The position numbers and the translations under genes were made by a program. The notes beneath the pieces are model-generated. The model was not told the DNA's origin and ran no database searches. It was given only the letters and a program-made list of their open reading frames with translations. From Bdellovibrionota bacterium (GTDB taxonomy: Bacteria > Bdellovibrionota_C > UBA2361), in assembly GCA_044352465.1 (NCBI GenBank), contig JBILDU010000025.1, positions 1 through 34,449 of the forward strand: a DNA stretch of 34,449 bases. Direction: 5' to 3'. Positions 9,736 through 19,737 of this stretch are shown here, piece after piece. Numbering within the stretch: the first letter of the stretch is position 1; each line of letters begins with the position of its first letter.

Positions 9736-9847
9736 TTTTCTCCCTCGATATTTGGATTTGAGGGCGGTTTTGGAGTAGCATCCGAAGCGTTCAAAGATCC
9801 TCGCGCTAGCCACGCGAGGGAAGCGCACATTCTTACGGTATTCTTGC

Positions 9848-9930
9848 GGTGAGGTGCCCGAGTGGCTAAAGGGGGCAGACTGTAAATCTGCTGGCTTACG
9901 CCTACGGGGGTTCGAATCCCTCCCTCACCA
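9848..9930 (+). tRNA. tRNA-Tyr(GTA)
   Basis: Anticodon arm GCAGA-CTGTAAA-TCTGC, long variable arm, acceptor stem GGTGAGG/CCTCACC; CCA not encoded. Confidence 0.96.
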
Positions 9931-10026
9931 ATTCTTTCCTTTCGCTTCTCTACTCTATTTATTTTTTTCTCTCTCTCTTTTTCTCTCTCTTTGCACCCTC
10001 CTGTTTCTTTTTTCATTTTTTCTCTC
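9931..10026 (+). repeat. low-complexity polypyrimidine tract
   Basis: About 95 nt of mostly T/C, with (CT)n and T runs. Confidence 0.8.
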
Positions 10027-10327
10027 GTATCAATCGTATCCGTCCCTCAATACCCAGCTGTTCCGCTGCAGCTGGAAATGAAGATTGGCGAAATCTCGCA
10101 ACCTACAATTTTTGCCTGCGTTTTATGTTAACTTGATGAGCGTGATCCGAGCGGCGAAGTACTAGCTTTTTTCTCTTCGGCTCCGAGCTCCGTTCGACTT
10201 ACTTAGGCGAACGCTCGACTCGACTGATGTCCGAAAGAGCCTCTCTTTCGGGAATATCCATACGGTCTTGCCCAAGGCGCTTAGCTGACACACGGCCGCC
10301 CCCTCTCGTCCTGACCGGATCGGCAAA

Positions 10328-11869
10328 TCAAGACGCGGCGTGCCGCTCCTGGCGAGCCGCCGCGCGTCGGCGGGGGGTTGCTCGTGAGCCGGGTCCAGGA
10401 GCTTTTGCCGCATCTCGGATCTCGTGGGGGAGATAATCGACCTGCCCGACCCGGGCAAAATCGACGTAAAACGATTGCGCCACCTCGCTCGCCCGAAATT
10501 CTCGCGTTGTCGTGAGATGTCGCCACAGCTCGAGGGTGAGATTTTGCAACGCGATGCCGTGACGACGGCCCACCCGGGAAAATAGCTCATCGCTGAACGC
10601 CATAAACGCGGCAAACGGGGAGCTACCACCTCGCCAGAGGAGCCGAACCGTCTCAGTAAAACGCCCGCTATTGGCGATGAGGTCCCAATACTTGGCGAAT
10701 CGGCGCATCCGCTGCAGCTCCTCAAACGAGATGTGCGCGGTCGAAAGCACCTCGTACGGCGCGTGCGCAGCGTAGACCATCTGGAAAGCCTCATCATGCC
10801 GGCTGATCGGTGTGCCGCGCAGCCGCTTCAGTATCCCGACCTGAATCTCGTGTGGCTCGAGTGCGACGAGGCGATCGAACCCCGCAGCGAAACTCGCTAC
10901 GTTTTCTCCAGGCAGTCCCACGATGAGATCCGCGTGGATATACACCCCGGTTTCCTTCCTGAGAAACGTCAGGTTCTCTTCGATCTTCGCGTAATCCTGC
11001 CGTCGACTGATGTGACCACTCACTTCGGGGTTGAAGGTCTGAATACCGACCTCAAACTGGAGCGCCCCCGGCGGGAAACGCTTAATCGAATCGCGGAGCG
11101 CCGCCGGGAGTCTATCGGGCACCATCTCGAAATGGACGAAAAGCTCCGGGGTATATCGCTCCCAAAAGAAGTCGAGGATCGCTTTCGCGGTCCGGATATT
11201 GAGATTAAAGGTCCGGTCGACGAACTTAAAGGTGCGCGCTCCACGTCGATACAACCCGTCCATATGGGCCAAAAACGGTTCGAGCGGGAAGGCCCGGACG
11301 GGAATATCTAAGGACGATAAGCAGAACTCGCACGTAAAGGGACATCCCCGCGAAGCCTCAACGTAAATGATTCGTTTCGCGACATCATCGGCGGCATAGA
11401 GATCGTACGGCAGCGCCACCTCCTCGAGCTTCGGCACCGGACTACGAATTACTCTTTCGCTCGGCGGATGACCGGAGAGGATCGCGGCGCAGAGAGTTGG
11501 CAGGGTGAGGTCTGCTTCGCCCGTCACAACGAAGTCCGCGAGGTGCGTAATGCGCTGCGCTTCGATCTCGAAGCTAACTTCGGGCCCACCCAGGACGATG
11601 ACGGTGTCAGGTAAAATTCGCTTCAGGAGGAGCACCAGTTCCTCCGTCTCGGTAACGTTCCAGATATAAACACCGAGCCCGATAATCCGCGGGGAGAGCT
11701 GTCGCAGTTCATCCGCGATATCGAGGACATCTTGGTTGGTATTAAATTCACGAACGACCGCACGCGACTGGAGCTCACCCAGGTTAGCGTAGAGATAGCG
11801 TAACCCAAATGCAGCGTGGATGTACTTGGCGTTCAACGTAGCGAGTACGATGTCGGTCGACACGGGCAC
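10328..11869 (-). CDS. B12-binding radical SAM protein (DUF4080-type)
   Basis: LNAKYIH, GVYIWN, VLGGPEVS, EASRGCPFTCEFCLSS (CxxxCxxC), KFVDRTFN, HADLIVGLPGE. Confidence 0.92.
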   Translation of the reverse strand: MPVSTDIVLATLNAKYIHAAFGLRYLYANLGELQSRAVVREFNTNQDVLDIADELRQLSPRIIGLGVYIWNVTETEELVLLLKRILPDTVIVLGGPEVSFEIEAQRITHLADFVVTGEADLTLPTLCAAILSGHPPSERVIRSPVPKLEEVALPYDLYAADDVAKRIIYVEASRGCPFTCEFCLSSLDIPVRAFPLEPFLAHMDGLYRRGARTFKFVDRTFNLNIRTAKAILDFFWERYTPELFVHFEMVPDRLPAALRDSIKRFPPGALQFEVGIQTFNPEVSGHISRRQDYAKIEENLTFLRKETGVYIHADLIVGLPGENVASFAAGFDRLVALEPHEIQVGILKRLRGTPISRHDEAFQMVYAAHAPYEVLSTAHISFEELQRMRRFAKYWDLIANSGRFTETVRLLWRGGSSPFAAFMAFSDELFSRVGRRHGIALQNLTLELWRHLTTTREFRASEVAQSFYVDFARVGQVDYLPHEIRDAAKAPGPGSRATPRRRAAARQERHAAS

Positions 11870-12063
11870 GTGGCACCTTATCCGGTTTTAATTGGTAACC
11901 GAGCAGCCAAAGATTTAGCCTCCGACCCCGCTCTCACGTGAAAAAACTTTCCGGACGGAGTTCAAGTGTAGGATAAGAGGGTCCTGATAACAACTCTTTG
12001 GACCCGTTGCGGGAAACTCCTCACACCACCGGTCTATCGCCCAGACTTTTCCCCTTTCCCCCG

Positions 12064-12100
12064 TGTACCGGGGCTACTTCCCCCTGTACCGGGGCTACTT
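12064..12100. repeat. 16-bp direct repeat x2, 21-bp period
   Basis: TGTACCGGGGCTACTT at 12064-12079 and 12085-12100. Confidence 0.85.
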
Positions 12101-12170
12101 TTTGAGGGCTTCTCAATGAGCGATATAGACCGGATCACGGATCCCCAGGCTTAGCGAAGCGGACGGTCGG

Positions 12171-13019
12171 TCACCTTACCGGCTCAAAGTCGAGATATCG
12201 GCTCTCCCCCGATGGGCCACTGGATACAAGTCCATAGAGTCGTAAATTACCCGAGTGATCCTGGGAGACTTCGGTTGAAATTTCACACCAGCCGACCTTG
12301 AATCGAAGTCTCTCCCGGCCACTCGGGGGCCCCTTCTGCGAGGATTCCGGAACGAGGACGAAGTCACTGAAATCGTTTTTCAATTGAGACCTCTCACGGT
12401 ACCGGCCAAGTTCCCGTATGGAGCCGACAGCGATCCAATCGGCAGCATCCCAACATCGAACCTCGTCGAACTTACCCGGAAGAGGTACCACACGGATCGC
12501 CGGCGCACGGTTTCGTAGTTCAACAGATGCTGGGCACTCCACCCACCACGAGAAAGATGAGTGAACGCGCAAAAGTCATAGTTTTGCCAGATACGATCGG
12601 CAAGGGCGCGGTTGTTACCCCACAGCAGTCTCACGGCCAGCTGAAGAGGGACAAGGAGCCCAACACCCGAGTGCTCGCCGGGATCTCACGGTGCCTTAGC
12701 TTCACACTCCCTGTATGCGCTGGGACCTCTATCGTCGATGCGGCTTCCTCTGCTGACTCCGTCTCGAGCTTCTCCAGGGGGTACAGCGAGGGTGAGGATT
12801 CGGAAGAGAGCGCTTCCGATTAATTCATAGTACTGAGCCTCACCCATAGGTAGTGAGTTACCGATTTACGGCGCACTATACATGGATTGTGGGACGTTTT
12901 TAGGGAGAATCACCCGCCAAAGAACGCTCCCGGAGAGGAGTTTTTCGAAATCGATGTCGAGGATGTCTTCTATGTCATCAACGACACTGCTCAGCCACGA
13001 GCCGTTCGATATCTTTCAT
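12171..13019 (-). pseudogene. probable fragmented gene of unknown function
   Basis: AAGGAGG then ATG at 13019; protein-like segments join across frameshifts and an in-frame TAA, ending in the 12171-12572 ORF. Confidence 0.3.
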
Positions 13020-13393
13020 ACTCTGTATGACGCCTCCTTTCAAAAACGATGGGGCGGTTCTGGGGGCTACAAATAGCAGGCGCTACCTGGGGGTGGTGGG
13101 ACGGGTACGACGTACCCTACATCTCCCCCCGACGATTCCTTCGCGGCGCAGGTCTCGGTATCGCCCACTCCGCGTTCCGGCAAACACCTTTCGCCACCCC
13201 ATTATGAGGCGGGCTCCCGATCGGTGATTTTCGTAGCGGGAATACTCACCGATGGGAATAGTTTTTCTCACTCCGCGCGTATTTTTCACACCGATCCAGT
13301 TCCCAACCGGTATTTATCCTCGTTTTTCAGATACCTTTCCTTGGAACGCCCCTTGCTTGTCTTCGCAGAGATCGGGCAATTGAGGTTACGATT

Positions 13394-16180
13394 TTGAGGC
13401 ATTTCACAGCGATTTTGATTTTTTTCCTCGTGCACTGGGGCACGACAAGCACCGCCGCGATAGCCGCTCCTCAGACCCACATCGAGATTTGGAACGAGTC
13501 TCCTCCGGACCTTCGGTTCGGCTGTCTCGCGCGCCCCAACTCGAATCGTCGTGACGTCGTCGCCCTGAGCCGGGGGGGAGCGATCCGCGCCGTTCTGTCG
13601 AACTCCTATGAGCGTCGTGCAGCCCTTCGTTCGCTCCTGCGGAAGCGGTTGAGTCTCATCAAACAAAACGCGCGACGCCAAGACATTCGCGCGATTGACG
13701 CACTGATTAGGCGATTTAAACGGGGGTGCGCCAGCATCACCCCGCCGCCTCTCCCAACATCCACGGTCGCACCTCCGCCACTCGTGACTCCGCTACCAAC
13801 TGCTCAACCCACGAGCGCCCCATCGCCCACACCAACGAGCGAGCCGGTACAAACACCGCTGCCCCTCAGTACCTCGACACCACCACCAATGAATACTGCA
13901 ACCCCCACACCAACACGATCACCGACGCCCACGCTCACGCCTTCGCCGACAACAACGCCGACCCCGACGCGGACCCCAACCCGAACACCAACCGTACTCC
14001 CAACACCGTCCGGAACTCCCAGCACAGCGACACCCGACGCCCAACTTACCGGAAACTGCGTTGCTATTATGAACGTGGATTCGTTCGGCTCCGCTACCGT
14101 GCCGATTCAGCTCGGCCGGGGCTTCATACCGGGCGAGATAGCCAACTACCCCACAGCGCTCCTTGGTGGCGCGATCGTCCCAACACAGGCCCACGTCCAA
14201 AGCCGTTGGAGCGACGGAACAGTCAAGCACGCTATCCTCGTCTTCTATCTCGCGCTCCAGCCCCAAGAAACGAAGGTAGTATGCTTCGGCGACCAGAATA
14301 CCAACTACAACGCCGGAGGACTCGGCGCGGCTGACATCCTTAACTCCGCCTGGAACTTCGACGCTACCGTGCGCATCACCGAAGCAGGCTCCGAATCGCT
14401 GGCCTCCGCCCGGCAAGCTCTTGCAGCCGGCCGTTATGAGACGTGGTTTAGCGGGCTCGGCGCAACCTCTCTGATTATCGGGGACCGCCTCAGCGCAACT
14501 CTGGATCTCGGCTCAAACCCGCGAACGGTGCGGCCGATGTTCTACGCCACGTTTTTCCCATTCGCCAACGCGGTGCGGATTCGCTTCTCAGCCGAGACAA
14601 CGAACAGCGAAGCGTTGGGAGACAAAACGTACGGGGTGAACCTGCAAGTTGGGGCCGTCAACCCCACCACAGTCTACGCGCGCTCTCCATTCACCCACCA
14701 TGCTCAAACCGTCTGGTCCCGCGAATTTTGGCTCGGTCAACGTCCACCGCGGATAACGATAAAACACAATCTAGCCTATCTGGCCGCGACGCACCTCCTG
14801 CCGAACTACGACCCGTCGATTCAAGTAGCGGCAACTGCGGTCAATTCGGAGTGCTCACGGTGGCTCAATGCGCCGCGTGAGATCGGCCAACGCGGACTCT
14901 TCGTGTCGGATATGGGCTCGTCGGGAGGTCGCGGTGAGCTCGGACTCCTTCCCCGCTGGGTCGTCATGTACCTCTACACTGGAAATGCGTGCCTCCAAGA
15001 CTCATTTTTCGGTCATGCCGACCTCGCCGGCGCATGGCCGATGTTTCTCCGCGAAGGGCGCGCGGGAACGTCGTTCAACCGCGCACTCACCGTGCCGGGC
15101 CAAGGCCGTTTTCTCTCTTTCTACTCACGCCCAAGTTTTTGGATAAATGGACAAACCTTCAGCGGTACCCCGAACGATCGGATTACCCCGGTTACCCCAC
15201 TTGCGCCCAACCCGTTCAGGGTGGATTGGGCTCACATGCCCGATCTGTTCTCGACCCAATACCTCCTGTCCGGCGATCGACATTACCTTGAGATGCTGCA
15301 GGGCCAAGCACTCTCCGCTCTTCTCGGTCGACAACCGGGGAATTCGTGGCTCACCCGCGGGCCGTACGGATGTTTCGACCTGGGAACCACCGGGCAGACT
15401 CGCGCTGACGCTTGGCTCATTCGCACGCTCGCCTCAGCGCTCGCCTACTCTCCTGATGGCACGCCGGAGACGAACGAATTACGCTATCGGGCCGAATGCC
15501 TCGTGGCAGCATGGCACGGAGCTCACAACCTCACGAATCCACTTCCGAGTCACGAAGGCTCGTGGCAGTGGGCCCGCACAAGCGTTCGCACCGGCACCGG
15601 GGGAACCGATTGCGGCATGTACGGGTCGTACCCCTATCCCACCTGCACTTTTCCCTTCGCTCCGCCGGTCAACAGCACCGTTCCATTTTGGGCTGAACCG
15701 GCACCGACGATCGTGGCCGGTCAGGTCAACTCCCCTGCCGTTGTCATGCCGTGGCAATATAACTATCTCATCGCGGCGCTCACTCGAGCACAGGAACTGG
15801 GATTACCGACGAACTCATTGCTCGATTGGGTCGGAAGATTTACGACCGATCTCCTTCTTGCTCCCGGATACAATCGCTGGCTCGCCGCGGAATATTATTT
15901 TCCAGCCCGAGATCCCCTCACCGGCCGCTACCTTGCGTCGGTCAACGCAGCGTTACCGCTCTACACGCCCGCACGACTCAGCGAGGCCCAGAGTGGCTTT
16001 ATCGCAGGTCTCTCCGGGGTTGAGCACAGCTATTCGATTATTCTTCGGATGGCGCTCGAGATGATGGCCGACTCAGGCGATGCTCCCGCGGCGCGACAGG
16101 TCTACGCTGAAATGATAGGCACGCATGCGATACCGTTTGAGCTAAATCCGCAGTGGGGTGTGATCAAGCGAATACCGTAA
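13394..16180 (+). CDS. large secreted protein with Pro/Thr linker and uncharacterised catalytic-like C-terminal region
   Basis: 928-aa ORF; signal-peptide-like N-terminus, about 90-aa PT linker, RWSDGTVKHA motif, aromatic-rich helical C-terminus; TTG start uncertain. Confidence 0.85.
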   Translation: MRHFTAILIFFLVHWGTTSTAAIAAPQTHIEIWNESPPDLRFGCLARPNSNRRDVVALSRGGAIRAVLSNSYERRAALRSLLRKRLSLIKQNARRQDIRAIDALIRRFKRGCASITPPPLPTSTVAPPPLVTPLPTAQPTSAPSPTPTSEPVQTPLPLSTSTPPPMNTATPTPTRSPTPTLTPSPTTTPTPTRTPTRTPTVLPTPSGTPSTATPDAQLTGNCVAIMNVDSFGSATVPIQLGRGFIPGEIANYPTALLGGAIVPTQAHVQSRWSDGTVKHAILVFYLALQPQETKVVCFGDQNTNYNAGGLGAADILNSAWNFDATVRITEAGSESLASARQALAAGRYETWFSGLGATSLIIGDRLSATLDLGSNPRTVRPMFYATFFPFANAVRIRFSAETTNSEALGDKTYGVNLQVGAVNPTTVYARSPFTHHAQTVWSREFWLGQRPPRITIKHNLAYLAATHLLPNYDPSIQVAATAVNSECSRWLNAPREIGQRGLFVSDMGSSGGRGELGLLPRWVVMYLYTGNACLQDSFFGHADLAGAWPMFLREGRAGTSFNRALTVPGQGRFLSFYSRPSFWINGQTFSGTPNDRITPVTPLAPNPFRVDWAHMPDLFSTQYLLSGDRHYLEMLQGQALSALLGRQPGNSWLTRGPYGCFDLGTTGQTRADAWLIRTLASALAYSPDGTPETNELRYRAECLVAAWHGAHNLTNPLPSHEGSWQWARTSVRTGTGGTDCGMYGSYPYPTCTFPFAPPVNSTVPFWAEPAPTIVAGQVNSPAVVMPWQYNYLIAALTRAQELGLPTNSLLDWVGRFTTDLLLAPGYNRWLAAEYYFPARDPLTGRYLASVNAALPLYTPARLSEAQSGFIAGLSGVEHSYSIILRMALEMMADSGDAPAARQVYAEMIGTHAIPFELNPQWGVIKRIP

Positions 16181-16306
16181 CACCCCAGAGCTCTTCGGTG
16201 GGAGGGCACCAGAGGCGACTACCCGGCTCGACGCTCAGCAGCGTCCCCAATCCCAAGCGTCAGTTGAGCTTCGTTATTGGAGGAGTTGGAGTGTAGGCAC
16301 CTTGCT

Positions 16307-17572
16307 TTAGATCTGCGCTTTATTGAGCCGAAAACACCGCAACTCATACGCCGCACGTTCAACCAACTCACCCTGGTGCTGTAGCGCGGGCAGGACACCG
16401 AACGGTTTAAGTTTCTCAAGGGTTGCGCGTCTAGAATTAAGCCGCTGGGTGAGAAGCTCTTCGACCGTTTGCTTGAACTCTGCCCGACCAGTGGGTGTAG
16501 ACTTTTCGTAATCACGGGGGTCCACATGTTCGAAGAGAACCAGCTCCGCTACCCGACGCTGTACCCCAACATCATGGGTCATTCGCTCCTCGCGCGCGCG
16601 CTCGATAGTTTCCTTCGTCGAAGGCAACCGCCCCGCATAGGGGTCGGTTTTACTCTGTAGATCCGCCCGGTGTGCCCGCTCGAGGACATCGAGCGCACCC
16701 TCAACATGCACCACCAAAGCTCCGAGTTCGATAACGGCGCTTTTCATCTCAGTCGATAGCGAATTCGGGTCGACCAGTGTACCGAAGAGCCCTGCGATGC
16801 GGAGCTCCGGCGGTACCTTTTCGGCGAGCTCCTGCGCAAATCGGGAATCGCCCCGCTGAGCGATCCTGCGGCTCAACTGAAGGATCTCGGGTACTCGGTC
16901 GAGCGGTGACTCAAGGACTCCGAATACGTCCTCGACAAAGTCATCCGATCTTTTAAAGCCCTCACATTCGGCGACTTGGTGGGCGAACTGACGCACCGAA
17001 ATCGGGGTCGAATTGCGCGCCTCCACAAGTGGAGTATCGAGGAGATCGGTCACACTCAGGCTAAGACGCTTAAGGGGCGCATCGCTCGGGAGGCTCACCC
17101 CCTCCAAAATACCCAACTGCTCGATCATCTTGGCGCACAAGGGTGCGACATCGAGCCTGATCTGCTTTGTCTCCGAAACTACGTGTCCCTTTGATGGGTC
17201 CCGCTCCACCCGCTCCTTGCGCGCCTCGGCGATCCCCTGAAAGGGTGTACACGGATCGAAAATATTTTGGTCTTCGTGGATACCTTGCAGGGTGAATCCG
17301 AGGTGGAAAATAGCTCTGCCTATCTGGTCAGCCAAACGACCGAGATTGAGCACTAACTCGGGCGAAAGCTTGGCGCGCACCGACGCCGGTGTGAGGTCCA
17401 GTGTGCTGGCAAATCGTTGCACAAGATGGTCCGTAAGATCGACACCAGCTTGCTCGAGCCGCCACGAGGCAGCGATATCGGCTGGGAGCACTCCGGCATT
17501 CCTCAGCGAGATGTATTCGTCGTAACGGGGTCTCTGCGGGGTAGGCTCAGGACTTGGCTTCGGATCAACCAT
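16307..17572 (-). CDS. hypothetical protein (helical, charged)
   Basis: 421-aa ORF with GGAGG upstream of ATG; no recognised motif. Confidence 0.75.
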   Translation of the reverse strand: MVDPKPSPEPTPQRPRYDEYISLRNAGVLPADIAASWRLEQAGVDLTDHLVQRFASTLDLTPASVRAKLSPELVLNLGRLADQIGRAIFHLGFTLQGIHEDQNIFDPCTPFQGIAEARKERVERDPSKGHVVSETKQIRLDVAPLCAKMIEQLGILEGVSLPSDAPLKRLSLSVTDLLDTPLVEARNSTPISVRQFAHQVAECEGFKRSDDFVEDVFGVLESPLDRVPEILQLSRRIAQRGDSRFAQELAEKVPPELRIAGLFGTLVDPNSLSTEMKSAVIELGALVVHVEGALDVLERAHRADLQSKTDPYAGRLPSTKETIERAREERMTHDVGVQRRVAELVLFEHVDPRDYEKSTPTGRAEFKQTVEELLTQRLNSRRATLEKLKPFGVLPALQHQGELVERAAYELRCFRLNKAQI

Positions 17573-17655
17573 CGGGGCACCTCCACGAAAGTTATGGTGC
17601 TTCTATCCCCCGACGATCGGTCCCGCCCTGCCTCATAAAAGTGGGGAGACAAGGC

Positions 17656-18399
17656 CTATTTTGTATGAAGATCCGAATGCTCGATTGACCGCTGGAGCGC
17701 CTCAAAAAATTCATACTCCTTCACTCCGAGGGGTTCGATCCCAGCGATGCAATCAAAAGAAAGTCCCTGGGGGACAAAGATCTTTTGATCGTCTCCCGGA
17801 ATATCGCCGTGAGAAACAGGGTGCCGCTCAACCGCTGCGTTCGAGAGCGCCACTAAAAACCCCTTGCGCTCGAATAGTTCGCTCAAGACCGACTCCACAC
17901 GATCGGGCTGAATCCCAAGGCCAAGGGCCTCCTGGGTAGCCCCCGATGTGCGCCGTCTCTCGCTAATCCGCCGCACCGCCTCAAAGCCACGCAGGCGCGC
18001 CGCTGAGTCGGCGACATCAAGCCCAACCTCCCGCATCAAAAAGTGAAACTGTGCATTACTCTCTGCATAAAGACATGCTCCCGATCGTCCATCGGGGCGC
18101 AGTTCTCGCTGCACCGTAGTTTCGAAATCCTCGGGTTTCGCGGCGTAAAAGAAAAGGTGACCGGGCGCCGCTTTTACATGCTGAACCGGGGACGCGGCGA
18201 GACTCCCCCGGCGAAGCAGAAGCTCCATCGACTCAAGGCTCGTCCCGTGCCACCCCGCAATCGCCGACCGATTATCGAGACCCCGTTCGCACAAGGCGAC
18301 AAATGCGCGGACATGCGCCTCGAGGAGTGGCAGTGCTCCGGCGGGCTCGGGCGCAATCAGGGCTGGCTCTACCGGTCGATTTTCGGGGCAGGTGCTCAT
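17656..18399 (-). CDS. hypothetical protein, possible ADP-ribosyltransferase-like fold
   Basis: 247-aa ORF with WHGTS....LL..GSL, HLFFY, ACLYA. Confidence 0.7.
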   Translation of the reverse strand: MSTCPENRPVEPALIAPEPAGALPLLEAHVRAFVALCERGLDNRSAIAGWHGTSLESMELLLRRGSLAASPVQHVKAAPGHLFFYAAKPEDFETTVQRELRPDGRSGACLYAESNAQFHFLMREVGLDVADSAARLRGFEAVRRISERRRTSGATQEALGLGIQPDRVESVLSELFERKGFLVALSNAAVERHPVSHGDIPGDDQKIFVPQGLSFDCIAGIEPLGVKEYEFFEALQRSIEHSDLHTK

Positions 18400-18530
18400 G
18401 AGGATGTTATACTACTCAGCCGATTTTACGTTGCCTCTCCCAAGCGACCGCACGGGAAGTCCCCAAACCCGCCTGTCGGGATACGACGGCCCCTGGCGGT
18501 TCGAGTGTCACTTCGGGTAAATTATCGATT

Positions 18531-19622
18531 ATGATCAAACCATTAGATGAAACTCGCGCGATTGAACGACTCCGCTGGCTTCTTGGAATTACCGGACTGA
18601 CCCTCGTCGCGGTCGGTGTGTTTACCGTTCTGCGACCGTTCCTTGTTCCCCTGGCCTGGGCGATCGTCATCGTCACCTCGCTCTGGCCCCTGTACGCCCG
18701 TCTCGCTCGACGTTTTCCCGAGCGCCCGACCTTGACGGCGGCGCTGATGACCGGGTTCATCGGCCTCGTCATCATCGGCTTGGTAGTACCGCTGCTGGGA
18801 ACACTCAGCGCGGAGATAGCAGGTGGTGCCAAAGGAGCCTCGGCGTGGTTTGAGCAAAATCGGACAGGGATTGGCCCCGCAATTGAGCGGCTTCCCCTTC
18901 TGAGCTCTGAGAGCAAAGCCTCACTCGCTGAAACGGTCAGCCACCTACTCGACGCCCAGGGTGCGATAGCAAGTCTCATCGGTGAGTACCACGGGGAGAT
19001 CGCTCGGGTACTAGGGATCGCCGCAAAAGGGCTCCTCGTATTTACAGGGAAGATGCTCATCTGCCTCGTCAGCGCTTTTTTTCTCTTTCGTCACGGAGAG
19101 ACTTTAGGGCGAGACCTCGCCCGGGCCCTGCACCGCATCGGTGGAGAGCGTTTCGACCGAGTGCTCGGAGCGATTCAAGGGTCGATCCGGGGAGGTGTGT
19201 ATGGGATCCTTGCGACCGCTTTCGCGCAGGGGGTCCTCGCCGGTCTCGGATTCCTAGTTGCTGGCGCTCCCGCACCGGTTCTCCTCGGACTCGCCACGAT
19301 GGTCATCTCTCCGGTACCGTTCGGATCGCCCTTGGTTTATCTGCCCACGGCGTTGCTCGTCATCGCGAAGTCAGGCGAGATTCTCCCCGGGCTCCTCTTG
19401 GCGCTTTGGGGTATCGGTGTGGTGAGCACCATCGACAACGTGCTCCGTCCACTTTTTATCAGCCAAGCAACAAGTATGAACCTGCTCCTCGTCTTCTTTG
19501 GAGTCATCGGGGGAATAATCTCCTTCGGTTTCATCGGGATCTTCGTCGGTCCGGCGCTCCTCGCGATAGCGCAGGTGTTGTGGACTGAATGGATTCGCAC
19601 GGACCCAACCGCAACGACTTAA
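18531..19622 (+). CDS. AI-2E family transporter
   Basis: LRPFLVPLAWA, AFFLFRHG, TAFAQGVLAGLGF, IDNVLRP, FGFIGIFVGP. Confidence 0.95.
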   Translation: MIKPLDETRAIERLRWLLGITGLTLVAVGVFTVLRPFLVPLAWAIVIVTSLWPLYARLARRFPERPTLTAALMTGFIGLVIIGLVVPLLGTLSAEIAGGAKGASAWFEQNRTGIGPAIERLPLLSSESKASLAETVSHLLDAQGAIASLIGEYHGEIARVLGIAAKGLLVFTGKMLICLVSAFFLFRHGETLGRDLARALHRIGGERFDRVLGAIQGSIRGGVYGILATAFAQGVLAGLGFLVAGAPAPVLLGLATMVISPVPFGSPLVYLPTALLVIAKSGEILPGLLLALWGIGVVSTIDNVLRPLFISQATSMNLLLVFFGVIGGIISFGFIGIFVGPALLAIAQVLWTEWIRTDPTATT

Positions 19623-19737
19623 CTCACTGTTCTGGCTGCCTTTTTGGGCTCGACTGCGTCGATTGCAGCCGAGCCTCTCTTGGCAGTATCATCCCCGCGG
19701 CGAATCGGTCGCCCAGTCACAAAGAAGCGAAGGGATT

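Noticed and set aside
9678..10081. Lys/Glu-rich and Phe/Leu-rich ORFs (9678-10016, 9854-10081)
   Set aside because: They overlap tRNA genes and the polypyrimidine tract
13740..14035. Repetitive C/A-rich DNA
   Set aside because: Explained by the Pro/Thr linker codons of the 928-aa protein
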